Of a stretch of DNA of 64,000 bases, positions 34,113 through 46,582 are shown one piece after another. Made by a program: the position numbers and the translations under genes. This DNA is from Amoebidium appalachense. Its lineage: Eukaryota; Protista; Ichthyosporea. Where the stretch lies: contig CAVNZM010000004.1 in assembly GCA_963693365.1 (NCBI GenBank), positions 11,002,468 through 11,066,467 on the forward strand, read 5' to 3'. Numbering within the stretch: position 1 is the first letter of the stretch; each line of letters opens with the position of its first letter. A model generated the notes under the pieces. That model made no database searches and was not told the DNA's origin. It saw only the letters and a list, made by a program, of their open reading frames with translations.

Positions 34113-34868
34113 CATACCCAAAGGAGTGTGAGGATGTGGGCTGCTGTCGGGCCGCCCAGAGAGCTACCAGCTCGGCAAGAATGCAATAGCCATCAAACCA
34201 GGCCAGCAGCATATACGTCACCACCACTAGGGTAGAGATCGTTAATTTTAGCACCTGTGACTACTAATAGATTGTGGCAGGTATAAACTGGGGAAAGGGC
34301 ACAATCTGCCACTAACACTGCAAGACAGGGGAACCTGATTTAGATACATAGAGAATATATATAAATGTGTGTGTGTGTGTGTGTGTGTGCGTGTGTGTGT
34401 GTGCGCGAGGGCGTGCGAGTGCGCGTGTGTTTGTACTGTTGTGGCGATCATCCCATCCCATAATAAACACTCCTTGACCATTAACAGAGGGTTATCGAGC
34501 ATGAAGAGGTACGGGGAGACATCCATAGTGCCGACTGAGGACAAATACACTCCACAAAGGCGGTGCTAAACAGCAGCAGGACAGTGTGCGCGGGGGAAGT
34601 GGGGGTGGGGGGATGTTATGTTGTAACAAAGTTTACAGATCGCTGTTACTTGGCCTCCTATACAGCACCCTCTTCTTTTACGTACCCGGGGGGTGATCAG
34701 GAAGAAAAACACACGTAACGTAACGGCCTTGCACAGCACACAACCAGTTTCTGTGGATCCACCAGAATTTCAAATCAAGAAGCGGAAAAATCCGATAGCA
34801 AGGGTAAGTGCATGCATGGGCGGGGGCGTGTGCGTGGGTATGGGTGTGGGTGCGTCGAGTGGGGGGAA

Positions 34869-34907
<39 letters not shown>

Positions 34908-35098
34908 CGAGGCTGCCTGCGGCCATGCCCCAAGCAGTGGTGACACCAGCAAGAAGCCAAACCAAAAAGACCAAAGCTACTGCCTTCTTGGCCCGACCAT
35001 CTGGCCATACCTGTGTGTGTGTGTGTGCGCGCGCACGTGTGGGTGGTGGTTGGGTGGGTGAGTGGGTGTGAGTGGTGGGTGGGTGGATTTGTGCGTGC

Positions 35099-35170
<72 letters not shown>

Positions 35171-36343
35171 GTGCGCTCGCGTGCGAATGTCTTTTTGGTG
35201 TTTGTGTGTGTGTTTGTTGTGTGCGTATGTGGATGGGTGGGTGGGTGCGTGTGGCTCAATGTGTGTAGGTGGGTGGGTGGTTGTGCTGGTGTAAGGGTGT
35301 GCTGGAGAGAAGTGGAGACTGGGGGTGGGGGGTGGGGTGGGGAAGCCAGTGTATGTGTGGCTGAGTGCCGGACCTTGTGTGTAGTAACAGATGTGTGCTC
35401 TCCGTGTGTAAGAAAGAAGTGGCAGATTCATGGAGGGAAAGAAACAGGGGGAAAGAGGGGGGGGGGGGGGGGGAGGGGGGGGGGGGAGGGGGGGGGGCAA
35501 GTGTCTTTCCCTTTCTCTCCCTCTGTGCCTAATGTTTGCATGTGAAGGCTATATCTGTCCCCGCACACGTGTTGGTGTGCATAATATCTACGGGCCACAT
35601 GCATGCAAAAATGTGAAAGTGAATGTGCATTGGAGGTGTTCAAGTCATATTTATAGCCTCGGTAGGGCGAAAGAGAGAGGGGGGCTCAGTCGCAGGGGGA
35701 TTGTTGATGATGTTGTGTGCATGTGCTTGCGTGAAGGGTGGGAGGTGGCGGGGGAGGGGGGGTGGGGGGAGGGGGGGGGGTTTGAATGCGGAATACGGTA
35801 CGAAGTACGCAAATACGACGAGAAGCATGGTGCAGGACACATGCAAAGGCAAACATTCAAGTATGCAACATAACCCATGGGCACAGTATGCGTCATAAGC
35901 AGGGGGAAGGGGGGGGGGGGGGGGGGGGGGGGGGGACGGGTAGTTCGGTGTGTGCCTCAAATGCAAAGTAGTTGTTACGCAGCCATCTATTGCATGACTG
36001 TTACTACCCACACTTACACACAGTGCGTGAACCAGGGCAAGAAAGATCATAGGATATTTAATTGAATAACAGCACCCACCGACATAAAGGCATTTAGAAG
36101 AAACTTCAGCCGTGACCCTCTGACCGTGCTTCCCCGGTGGGTGTGTGAGTGCCCGTGCCCTTTTCCCTCGTCCTGCAGTGGTATCTCATATGCCGCATCT
36201 ATGCCGATATTGCTGAGCTCACCGTCCAATAGCGGTGAGCCGATAGATTTAAAGCTGGCACCTAATTGGGTGCTTCCTGAGCTCATGCGCGGGGATGCCC
36301 GTGGGGACCCGCCAGAGAGGCTGACAGGCCGAGGTATGTCCAT
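27030..36343 (-). CDS. SLC30A6: cation diffusion facilitator zinc transporter, ZnT6-like
   Basis: Exons approx. 36093-36343, 34908-35010, 34118-34228, 32222-32344, 31234-31331, 30325-30498, 29584-29751, 27681-27737, 27030-27328. ZnT6-like motifs: [76 protein letters not shown]. Start codon and one micro-exon junction (~31.7-32.2 kb) are uncertain. Confidence 0.86.
28495..29050 (-). mobile_element. longer copy of poly(C)-associated retroposon (subfamily A) including upstream degenerate ORF-like sequence
   Basis: 28509-28552 identical to 31169-31212; 28596-28639 nearly identical to 32978-33021; 28650-29050 is unique high-complexity sequence with frameshifted LINE-like peptides (RLTSGG, PCGVG, SHIF, LRD). 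Confidence 0.65.
28500..28632 (-). ncRNA. structured RNA module of the retroposon 3' region, variant A
   Basis: 14-bp stem 28516-28529/28559-28572 that pairs fully only on the minus strand (2 G-U pairs); hairpin 28596-28616; palindromic TCGTTAACGA; GACCTA/TAGGTC complementarity 28532-28537/28589-28594. Confidence 0.5.
29337..29446. repeat. (GA)n microsatellite
   Basis: Directly visible, preceded by poly-A. Confidence 0.9.
30510..30633. repeat. (GAGTGT)n hexamer microsatellite at a ZnT6 acceptor
   Basis: Directly visible. Confidence 0.9.
31051..31212 (-). mobile_element. 5'-truncated poly(C)-associated retroposon copy, subfamily A
   Basis: Begins (plus strand) TTTGAATGCGTCAAAAAGTACG directly after a long G run; first ~100 nt identical to 58429-58529; ends in a short G run. 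Confidence 0.85.
32738..33567 (-). mobile_element. head-to-tail dimer of poly(C)-associated retroposon, subfamily B
   Basis: Two copies with 453-bp period (32738-33183 and 33191-33567), identical over ~375 bp, separated by G7 and flanked by poly-G on both outer sides. Confidence 0.88.
32852..33012 (-). ncRNA. structured RNA module of the retroposon 3' region, variant B (second copy 33305-33465)
   Basis: Outer stem CATAAGCA 32852-32859/TGCTTATG 33005-33012; hairpin 32978-32985/32991-32998 (G-U on minus strand only); long stem CCCAAG/CTTGGG, TCAATTG/CAACTGA, GTCTGAGTT 32897-32905/AACTCAGAC 32939-32947; apical CGTATATACG palindrome. Confidence 0.55.
35781..35901 (-). mobile_element. 5'-truncated poly(C)-associated retroposon copy, subfamily B
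   Basis: Close match to 32739-32860 (a few substitutions and a 1-nt indel); G tracts on both sides. Confidence 0.85.
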
Positions 36344-36872
36344 GGCCTGAAGAGGGGGGTCGGGGGGGGGGGGGGGGGGGGAAGAAGGACGGGGAGAGGG
36401 GCGGGAGATCGGGGGGGGGGGGGGGGGGGGATTAGAAAGCGTCATAGAGTGCGAGGTACACATAGAATGCAGTAAGCCAGAAGTACACAAGGAACTTGGT
36501 ATGTGGGGATGTGCACAAAAGAGAGCGTTATGGCGGCAAGAGAGATCGTAAGTGAGATATAAAAGAGGCAGGGGTATTGAGAATAAGCACAAGGCAAAGC
36601 TGGATACAGAGGGGAAGGACGGGGGGACGGGAGGGGGGGGGGGGAAATGAGGAAGGGGGGGAGGGGGGGGGGGGGGGGGGTCGAGAGAGACAAACACACC
36701 AGGAAATAGAGAGAGAGCGACAGTGACGGTGAGGGGGGGGGGGGGGGGAGGGGGAGGGGGGGAGCGGGAGAGAGAGGGAGGGAGGGGGGGGGGGGGGGAG
36801 GGAGAAAGGGAGGGAGGGATGGAAGGAATGGAGGGAGGGTATGTGTATGTGGTGTGTGTGAGTGTGAGTGTG

Positions 36873-36920
<48 letters not shown>

Positions 36921-36928
<8 letters not shown>

Positions 36929-36958
36929 CGCGCGCGCGCGCGCGCGCGCGCGCGCGCG
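36921..36958. repeat. (CG)~19 tract embedded in (GT)n, potential Z-DNA
   Basis: Directly visible alternating purine-pyrimidine run. Confidence 0.85.
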
Positions 36959-37046
36959 TGTGTGTGTGTATGTGTGTGTGCGCACGCGTGTGTACGTGTG
37001 TCTGTGTGTGTGTGTGTGCGTGCGTGTGTCTGTGTGCGTGTGTGTC

Positions 37047-37133
<87 letters not shown>

Positions 37134-37343
37134 TATGCAAGGAAGCGGGATGTGGGGTGAGATGGTCTGTTTCTGCACATGACTGAGGAAGTGGACCAGG
37201 CATGCTCCAATTATCGCATTCACGGTTGTGTTCAGGGAAAAGAAAAACGACCGGTGAAATAAAGCAGGGGGTTGCTGAGGGGGGTAGTTCGCGTGCGTGT
37301 GTGTTTGTGTGTGTGTGTGTGTGTGTTGTGTAAGTATGTGTAA

Positions 37344-37413
<70 letters not shown>

Positions 37414-38699
37414 TGTCTATGTGGGGGAGGGAGGGGAGGGGCGGAGGGGCAGAGGTAGTGATGGGCGGAAGGAGGGAAAGATCGCACCACATAGAGTGAA
37501 GTACAAGTCCATAATGACCAGAAGAATGTTGCAGATGTGGAAACTGACTTTGAAAAGCCGGAGAAGTGGGGGGGGCGGGGGGAGGGGGGAGGGGAGGGGG
37601 GGTGGAAGGAATGTGAATGCCTATTAAGGGAAGGCTCTCGGATTTCATAGATTCTTTCAGCCCAGTGAGAGACCTGTCCTACTTGCTCCTGAAAGGAGAT
37701 TCTAGACACACACCTTGTAGCGAGGGTTCTCGCTAGGGAACCCGCTTTGATAACTGGGCCGATCTGGCCCTTTGGATCATCCAGACCGTCGATTAGAAGT
37801 GGTTCGAGTTGCACTGGTAGTCTTCTGCATGTGACGCTTGGACGCCGATGGTCACACTTGTGCAGAATTCAAGCCATCAAACTAACAATTCTTCCGGAGC
37901 TTTGTAACAGGCAGGGATCTCGCCGGGATGCTGGGTAATTGATTATTTTGGGTTCAACGTGTAAGGATCTAATATAATTCTTGGTATGTGGTTCAAACCT
38001 CTTGCTAGATCTGTTGTCAACAACGCATCCCTGGCTATTGGCTATTGTTATAACAATAACATTGTTTCTCTACTCTTCTACCAGAAGTTCAGAACTAAGC
38101 ACATTCTGACACCAGTAAAAAAAGGCTTCTGCCACCAGCAATATATGATGTTTATGATGTTTGGTCTTGAGTTTTTGTGTTTTCAGAGTCAACCCACGGT
38201 TGACAACTGCACCAGGCCGACCGAGTGGACTGTTGCGTAATGGTCTCCAAGGAGTTTATATACTACGAGACTTACCCGAATATATCGTCCTTGTCAAGCA
38301 ACGTACTGAGTCGAGCGATTCAACAAACCCGCCTTCCTAGAGGATTTTGCAGTTGGGCATATATCATATATGAGTAGGGCGTCCTAAAGAGAAAAAATAA
38401 TAGTAAGAAAAATAGATTTTTCCTAATATAATCAAAATGTATATAAGAAAACTGTTCAGCCTCCCAGTTTGTGCAGTACTGATCGATGAGGGCGACATGT
38501 ACTCGTTGATGTACATATATGCGTTTAAACGAGGATGAGATACTATCAACATCGATCTTGGTACTAGAAAAGTATATGTGTGATGGTGGAGGTGTTATAA
38601 GCGTGGTAGTCTTTCTATTTCTATTCCTTTATATTTATCCCTACACTTGTTTTTTTTTGTTTTTTTTTAAAAAAAAAAATCAGCCGAGATATAAATTGG

Positions 38700-38860
38700 A
38701 GTCCTGGACGCCTCGAAAGCGTCGCGACCTGCTCGCAGTGAGGGAGACCTTACGTAAGTCCTCATTACGTTAACTGCACCGTTAATGAGCACCAATCAGA
38801 TTGAAAGGCGCTAACTACGGCAGGGACTGGCCGTTCGCGAGCCGTTGTGTGCAACGGACA
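38700..38860. promoter_or_regulatory. candidate divergent promoter between ZnT6-like and ARID4-like genes
   Basis: CpG-rich, repeat-free segment with CCAAT (38792-38796), TTACGTAA (38750-38757) and two TCGCGA palindromes, between head-to-head genes. Confidence 0.35.
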
Positions 38861-39913
38861 AACGGGCATGCACACAATTTGAAAAGAACCTTCGTTTTTT
38901 CCAGGGCGCATGTTTTTTTTTGCCTTTCTTTTTTTCCGCCCTATTATTACCGGCCCAGTGTCATTCCTTTCAGCTAGTGACAGCTTCAGTCAACCTTTAC
39001 CGGTTTATGTCAGCCAATTCTACCCATTGTTAATTTTTTGGCCTGCAGCTAGCCGTAGGAAAAAGAACCTACATACACCCCAAAGTTCAGCTCGCTGCTT
39101 CACATACATATGCCATTTTGTTCTCTCTATTTACCACATTGCGAGAACAAGATTGCAGTCACATACAGACATTCACCACCCTACCTTAACTGCGTTTAAA
39201 TTCTAAGGGTGCCACTTCTCTGTTGGATTCTCAGCTCCCCGGCATGTGCACGCCTCGTTGAGAACCGGTGTATTTTGGCTTGGCTTTAGACACATAAGCA
39301 TCGCTGTGGAGATAAAAGTAGGAACTGTGCTCGTCTTTTTTCTGCATCTCGGTTTCGTTTTCAGCCTTGACACAGTGCAATCAACCGCGTCTGCCGAAGA
39401 TGCAGCCTCTGCAACCCGAGTAATTGCGACGTAAGTGCTGGGTTTGTCTTTATTTGCATACACAATAAATTATTGCCTGGCCATGATTCAACTTGTCTTC
39501 CCGGAGGCACCAGGCTCTTTTTCATTTTTTTCCCCTCCACGAGCGCTGAAGTACATTTCTTGCTACCCTTATTTGTGTTATCTCTGTCACTTCTTTCAAT
39601 CACGAACGATTGTTTACCTTGTAATCCTGTCAGTACTAAGTGATGCCTTCTTTGAAACCCTCTCCAGTTCCTCCCTCTCTCTACTTCCACCTCTCCTCTC
39701 CCCCTTCACCCTGTCCTCCTCCTGCTGGTAATTAGTGTTCACAACAGGGCAACTGCCACTCTGGTGTAAATCCGCTAATTGAAGCAACTGGAATTGGTTG
39801 TTTGAGAATAGCAAAGGAGGAGAGGATTTGTGGTGAAGGGAGGTGTGTATTTATCAGCTTACTTGCCAGCAAACTGGCTGTCTTCCTGGATGCCCTGGGA
39901 GGTGTGTGTGTGT

Positions 39914-39947
<34 letters not shown>

Positions 39948-40227
39948 TCACCGTGCAGCAATGGTAGTTGGGGAGCAATTGAAGGAAGTGGTGCCCTATT
40001 CTGAAAAAAACTGGGAGGGGAGTGTTTTTTATGAAAGTTTCACGAGCTCTGGCTTCCCAATTAGAGACTTCCCACCCCGCAAGCCCCTCCCTCCTGCTAT
40101 TTCGACATGCCTGCTCTCTTCCACGTTTTCTTGGGCACAATTCTGGTTTTTCCAACCAGCACATTTCGGCAGTGACAACTGTCGGTTACATACGACAAGT
40201 TATAATCGATTTTTGTCGCAGCCCAGT

Positions 40228-40474
40228 ATGGAGTCTGATGTTGACCTGCCACAACGAAAGGGAGCAAAGGTCAGCGCAAAGTTTAAGGGGGCTTTGTGTG
40301 AGGCAACGATATTAGAGGTGAGCCCCCCCTCCCCCCCCCCCCTGCTCCATGCTCCTCAGAGATTTTGGCCTGCGCCGACTGTAACACGCAATCACATGGA
40401 TGCTTGCACCTGCGCACGCATGCCAGTGCACGTGCATGCACACACGAACACTCTGGCCCTGCACGATATGCCCC

Positions 40475-40524
<50 letters not shown>

Positions 40525-41590
40525 AAAAAAAAAGACAGAGAGAAGAAGAGGAACGACAGAATGATTAGAAAAAGAAAAAAACACCAGTCATCTGGAAGAG
40601 CACCAAAACAACACACAAGCTCAAGACACCCAACCACCGTGTCACCATAAACTGCACACACACACTGCCGTCACTAAGGGCCAGCTGCCTTTCTCCCGCT
40701 CCGACTCCCCCTAATGTCTCTTTCTCCTCACACACACACACACACTCTCTCTCTCTCTCTCTCTCTCTCTGACTCCCTCTGCCTCTTCTCTGACTCGGGC
40801 TCTCTGGCTCTCTATCCCTACATCCCTTTTTCTCTCTCTGCCATAAATCCCAAATTCTGTGCATCCCCCCCCCCCCCCCCCCCCCCCCCACCCCCCACCC
40901 CCACCCCACCACCACAACCAAAACCACAACCACAACCACAACCCTTCCCCCCCCCCCCCCCCCCCCCCCGGGGACTACGGGTTGGTTGGGCAATTACTCA
41001 GATTCTCTGCGTGGTGTCAATACGACATCAGTTCTACCCTCACTTAGTCACCAATAAATTGGTGCGTCATTAAAGCACTTCAGTGCACGCCTGTACGGAG
41101 CAGACTTCCATCCTTTTGCCCGAAAACTCTTCCTCTGAAACGCGTCACAATCCACAGTTTCATAAAAAAAAATTGTTTTTTAAGACAACTGCAACATTTT
41201 CCCATGCATTCACTTTTTCTCTCTAACACTCCCCACCATCCATTTCCGTGCAGGTTTCAGAGCCCAGTGTTTTGGTTCGGGTGCGGTTTGATGACCCAAT
41301 AGAGGGGGAGGCTACGGTGCCATCTGATCACGTGACTGGGCGGCTGGTGGTAGGGGGGGTGGTGACGGTAGCGCACGGTGGCAGGGCCCTTGACGGGCAC
41401 GTGCTGCGTGTCAGAGACAACACACTATACACCCTGGGTAAGCCTCAACCAACACACACATGCATAGGAACATGCCCACGGGCATGCACATCCATACACA
41501 CGTGCACACACACACACACAGACACACACAAGCACTTGCACATGCACACTTGCATGTCTGCTCCTCTTCCCCGAGGCATGCATGTGCGCG

Positions 41591-41621
<31 letters not shown>

Positions 41622-42241
41622 GAACGGAGGCACACACACACACACACACATGAACGGAGGCGCACACAGACATGCGCGCACCTCGACCTCCCGCCTGTGC
41701 ATAAAAACGACTGTGCCTGTTTACATTCTTCTGGAGACCGGGTGCTCAAACACCAATCGACAATACCGGGTGCCCCCATACCTGTGCCTCTGTTGTCTCT
41801 TTCCTTTATGGACATTTCTGCAACCATCCTCCCAAGTTAAAAAGTCTAAACCCATGCTTTTGTGGAGGCATAGGAACCCCCTGATGATGGGCTCTGTTCA
41901 AGTGTCTTCTGCCTGCACGCTTTAATTGTTTGATTTTGGATTTCCCACTTCTGTGACGTTTTGTTGTTGCTCGTTGTTGCCTCCTCCATATTTCCAACCC
42001 TCTAACGCATACATCACCCCCCCCTCCCCCCCCCCCCCCACCCCCACCCACCCCCTCCCCCTGTGTCCCCTCTTCAGACCAGCTCCAAATATCACACCTA
42101 ACCTACACTCACGCTCGCCTTTCTCACTTTCTACCGATCTATATAGAACCTTTGAGCTATCATTGTGTGTGTCACACCCCCAACTCGTGTAAGTATGCTG
42201 AGCTGAACGATTTGGGCCATTTTCTCTTTATGACCTTCACG

Positions 42242-42315
<74 letters not shown>

Positions 42316-44607
42316 ACATGGGTGGTGCTGGGCAGTGTTCAATGATGGAGACACGAGCAAACAGCGGGGCACCCGGATTGTCACAGGCAGCGCAGAGCAC
42401 GTGCACACAGGCCCCGACAAAATGGCGAGGGGCCACCTGTCAAGCAGCGACAACTCGAGGTGTGTGTGTGTGCATGTGCGTGTGCGTGTGCATGTGCATG
42501 TGCATGTGCGCGTGTGTGTTTGTGTCTGGGGAAGCGTGCATGCATGCATGCACGCTTGCTTGCTTGTGTACACTTGTGCATATTTGCTCATATATGTGAA
42601 TCTGTGCAGAAGGTTTTTGTGGTCATCAGGGGGGGGGGGGGGGGGGGGGGGGAGAATAAAAGTATGGCAGTGAAAGTGACTGTGTGTTGGGGCGCACAGC
42701 AGCAGCGACAGCAGCAGCGATGACAGTGACGACAGTGTCAAGCAGCCGGCACCCAAGAGGAAGCCCGGGTAGGCCATGCACACACATGCACACAGACACG
42801 TACATGCATGCTTGCAAAGTCCCACTCTCACCACACACACTCACACGCGATGTAGAAGGACACGACCTGTTCACATGCACCAACCCACGTATGCAAACAA
42901 ACGTGGGTGGGAGTAGAGTCACGTGAATGTAAGCACGAGCACATTCTCTTCCGCTCATCGATGGCACACACGTAAAAGCACGTGCCTATTTTCCACGAGG
43001 CATCCAGGATGCATGACCCATGCAGATGTTATGCATGGGTGTGTGCAAGCACAGGGATGTCCGAGTGAAATTGGGAACACCCAACACCGTGCCTGTAATG
43101 AATGAACACACACACGGCTGTGTCATAACGCGCACACACACAAACACACACACACACACGGAGTGGTGCAAAGTCTACGAAATCATAACCCCCCCCCCCC
43201 CCCCCCTTCCTTCCTGGGGGGGGGGGGGGGGGGAGTGACCACATTGTTCTTTTCGGAATTAATTGAGGAATACGTTTAAGTTTGACTGTAACATTCTACT
43301 GATGGTAGCATGCATGGTAGGAAGCCACCTGGGTCGGGGGCCAAGAAGGCCAAGGGGCCACCTTCAGACACGTCTGAGGGGGGGTCGTACATCTACAAGG
43401 TGGGGATGGAGGTCGTGGCCATATCCACTATGGACGGCAACTACTACCATGGAAAGGTGTGTGTGTGTGTGTACGTGTCTGTATGGGTGGGTGGGTTGAG
43501 GTTTATGAGTGTGGATGGGTGGGTGCACGTGGGTGTGTACGTGTGTACGTGTGGGTGGGTTTGTACGTGTGTGTGTGTGTGGGTGTGCTTGTGGGTGGTT
43601 CGGTGTATGCACGTGTTTGTGTGTGTGTGCGTGCGCGTGTACTTGTACGTGTACGTGTGTGTTCAGTTTGTGGGCCTGCCCACAGGGAATCCTCACCCAC
43701 TTACTGGAATCGTCAAGTATTAGAAAGCATAGGTGTATGTGTGTGTGTGGGGGGGGGGGGGGGGGGGGGGGGGGGGTTGGCTGATTCTGCCAAGACAGCT
43801 TACTGTGTGATTTGCCGATATTATTTATTGTGGGATGGAGAGTGCTAAATCATGCACGGGCAGGTTGTGGAGCGAAAAATGGCCCACGAGGGCAGAGGGG
43901 CACGAGGTCGGCTCGTGCCACACTATATGATCCACTTTGACGGGTGGGCAGATAGGTGGGTGCATGCGTGCGCACACACACACACACCCGTTTGCAAATG
44001 AGAACTTGCACACCTGCGGGTGCAAATATACACCCGCACACTTCATATATACTCTCGTTGCACTGCACACACTCCATTTACACCCGCCATTGGACATGCA
44101 CACCTACACAAACTCCCTATACACCCTCCTTTGCACGTGCACACGTACACACACCCTCCATGCACATGCAGACCTAGACGCATACTAACTAAACACCCCA
44201 TTTTGTACATGTAACCTACACATGTGCTTGTGCAAGTGTTCACCTATAACAAACGCACACGTAAACTCATGCTATTGCAAATGTACAGCTACACACACTC
44301 CCTGTACACCTTTCATTGCACATGCACACCTACACACATTTCTACGAACACACTCAAAAACTTGTAAGGTGCACAGTGAAAGGCATACACGCGTGTACCG
44401 GACCATAACTCGATATCCCAAACCGCAGTTCGCCACATACACCGCACACGGTACACATAACTCATTTTTCGACACGCACTCGTTTTCACACACTCGCGTT
44501 CATATGCACACAAACACAAGAATACCGGCCGGCAAGATTGAGCTTATATACATGCATGTATGTGCATGCATGCATACATATGCATACATACACAAGACCC
44601 CCCCCCA

Positions 44608-44670
<63 letters not shown>

Positions 44671-46046
44671 CAACAACAAGAACACACAGTCACACAGTCA
44701 CACAGTCACACAGTCACACACTAGTATGAAAAATGTGTGGTTCTCTCCTTGTTTTTGGTTTGCATTTGTCACCAGAAACGCACACAATGTGCAGCATACG
44801 TGAAGGTCTCTTTCCGTGTAGATACGGCATGCTCAAGCACGGGGGGCATTGTCTTTCCCTCCCCTCCCCCCATCCTTGTTTTTTTCTCTTCTTCTGTTTT
44901 TTTTGCTCCTATTCGGCAGCACCTCCATCCACTCGTCACTTTCTGGTTTGTGTGATTTGTGCAATGCACGTGCCCACTGGTTGGTGTCAGTAAACCAAGG
45001 TCAAAGCATGTTCACTTATGCACGCAAGCACGCACTCACACACACAGACCTCGAGCACGCAAGCAATCAAAAGGCACATGCAGGCACGGCAACACGACAC
45101 AACAACCCACCAGTTGCGCATGCACAACCACAACACCCCCCCGCCCGCACACACACACACACACACACACGTGGGGGGACACGTTTGTGCTCACAGACAT
45201 ATGCACGTGCAGGTTCAACGAATGGGTAGCCGAGGGCAGTGTATATTCGAAGGAAATGGCTGCGGCCATGCTGAAGGGCGTGAAAGTGGGCACTGGCAAG
45301 GGGGCACTGGCCGAGGAGAATGAGCCCGACGAGCCGGTCAGCAGCATAGGCGTAGGTGTCCCTCCCGTGTTTAAAGCAATTAAGGCGACGCAATGGATGG
45401 TTTGCTGACGCCGCGGAACAGGGGATCCAACTCATCAGATCGATCAAATGCCAGTCTGTGAGCCGGCGGAACTTATCTTTTTCGGGGCTCTTTTTTATTT
45501 TGTCACATGTTCCAAGATAAATTAGAGAGAATGAACGCAGAAACGTGCCCTGAAAAACAAATCCTACTAATAAAATTGGGAATAATTACATAATGGATAT
45601 TGATATGTCAGCCCTTGGAAAAATCGATTTCTACCCCCTCCATATTTGCTTAAGCTGAGCGAAAACGGGCAGCTCGAACCAGATTTTTTCACCGGTAGAC
45701 ATACATATATTCTAACTAACCAACCCCCACTTTATAATCAAAATTTCACTTTCTCTCCCGGTTTCTGCGTTCATTCTCTCACAAATGACATGGGGTTTAT
45801 ATTGAAAGTTGAATTTTCGGACCTCCCGGCCTCGATTGACGGACTGGATCGATTATGGAATTTGGTCGATCCTGATCGGCTGCGCACCCCCAATTCTTAG
45901 CGGAAAACCATCCCCCAAGTTACCTTAAAGGGAATGATAATTATGATAATACTATTACTAACAATATTTGGGAGGGGGAGTTGGGCGCCGCCGGAGGGGG
46001 GAGGGGAGAAGGAGAGTTGGAGATGTTTGTGTGGTGTGTGTGTGTG

Positions 46047-46083
<37 letters not shown>

Positions 46084-46198
46084 CATAGTAAGCGTGCTTT
46101 GCTCTGTGTAAACTACCCAATGAGTTATTGGCTATGTGCGATGGGTAGGGGGGGGGGGGGGGGGGTTGATTGAATGTGTGGATGTGTGTGCTTCTTTT

Positions 46199-46256
<58 letters not shown>

Positions 46257-46549
46257 AAACATCTTGTGGGTAAGGCCAGGCATAGGCACCCAGTTTACAT
46301 ACCTAAGCAGAGACAGATGCAATAAGAAACATGCACTCGTGGACACACATAAATGTGCACACACACACGGTGTTGTAAGCCCATGTATAAACGGAGACGC
46401 ATCCACACATCGGTATGCGCGAGCACACTCCCAAGCACAAGTAGATGGGTAGTGGAAGGTGTGCAGTGGGTTAGAATGGGCTGAAAGGGCCACCCGGGTT
46501 TATAGGCCCCACTCATCCAAGCATTCGCATCCATGCCCACATATACCTG

Positions 46550-46582
<33 letters not shown>

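Noticed and set aside
34440-34800. Additional ZnT6 exons
   Set aside because: Flanking exons 34908-35010 and 34118-34228 already join in phase and match the family without them.
37130-38700. Extra gene or coding exons upstream of ZnT6
   Set aside because: Splice-like signals occur on both strands but no consistent stop-free model or homology; may be UTR exons or an lncRNA.
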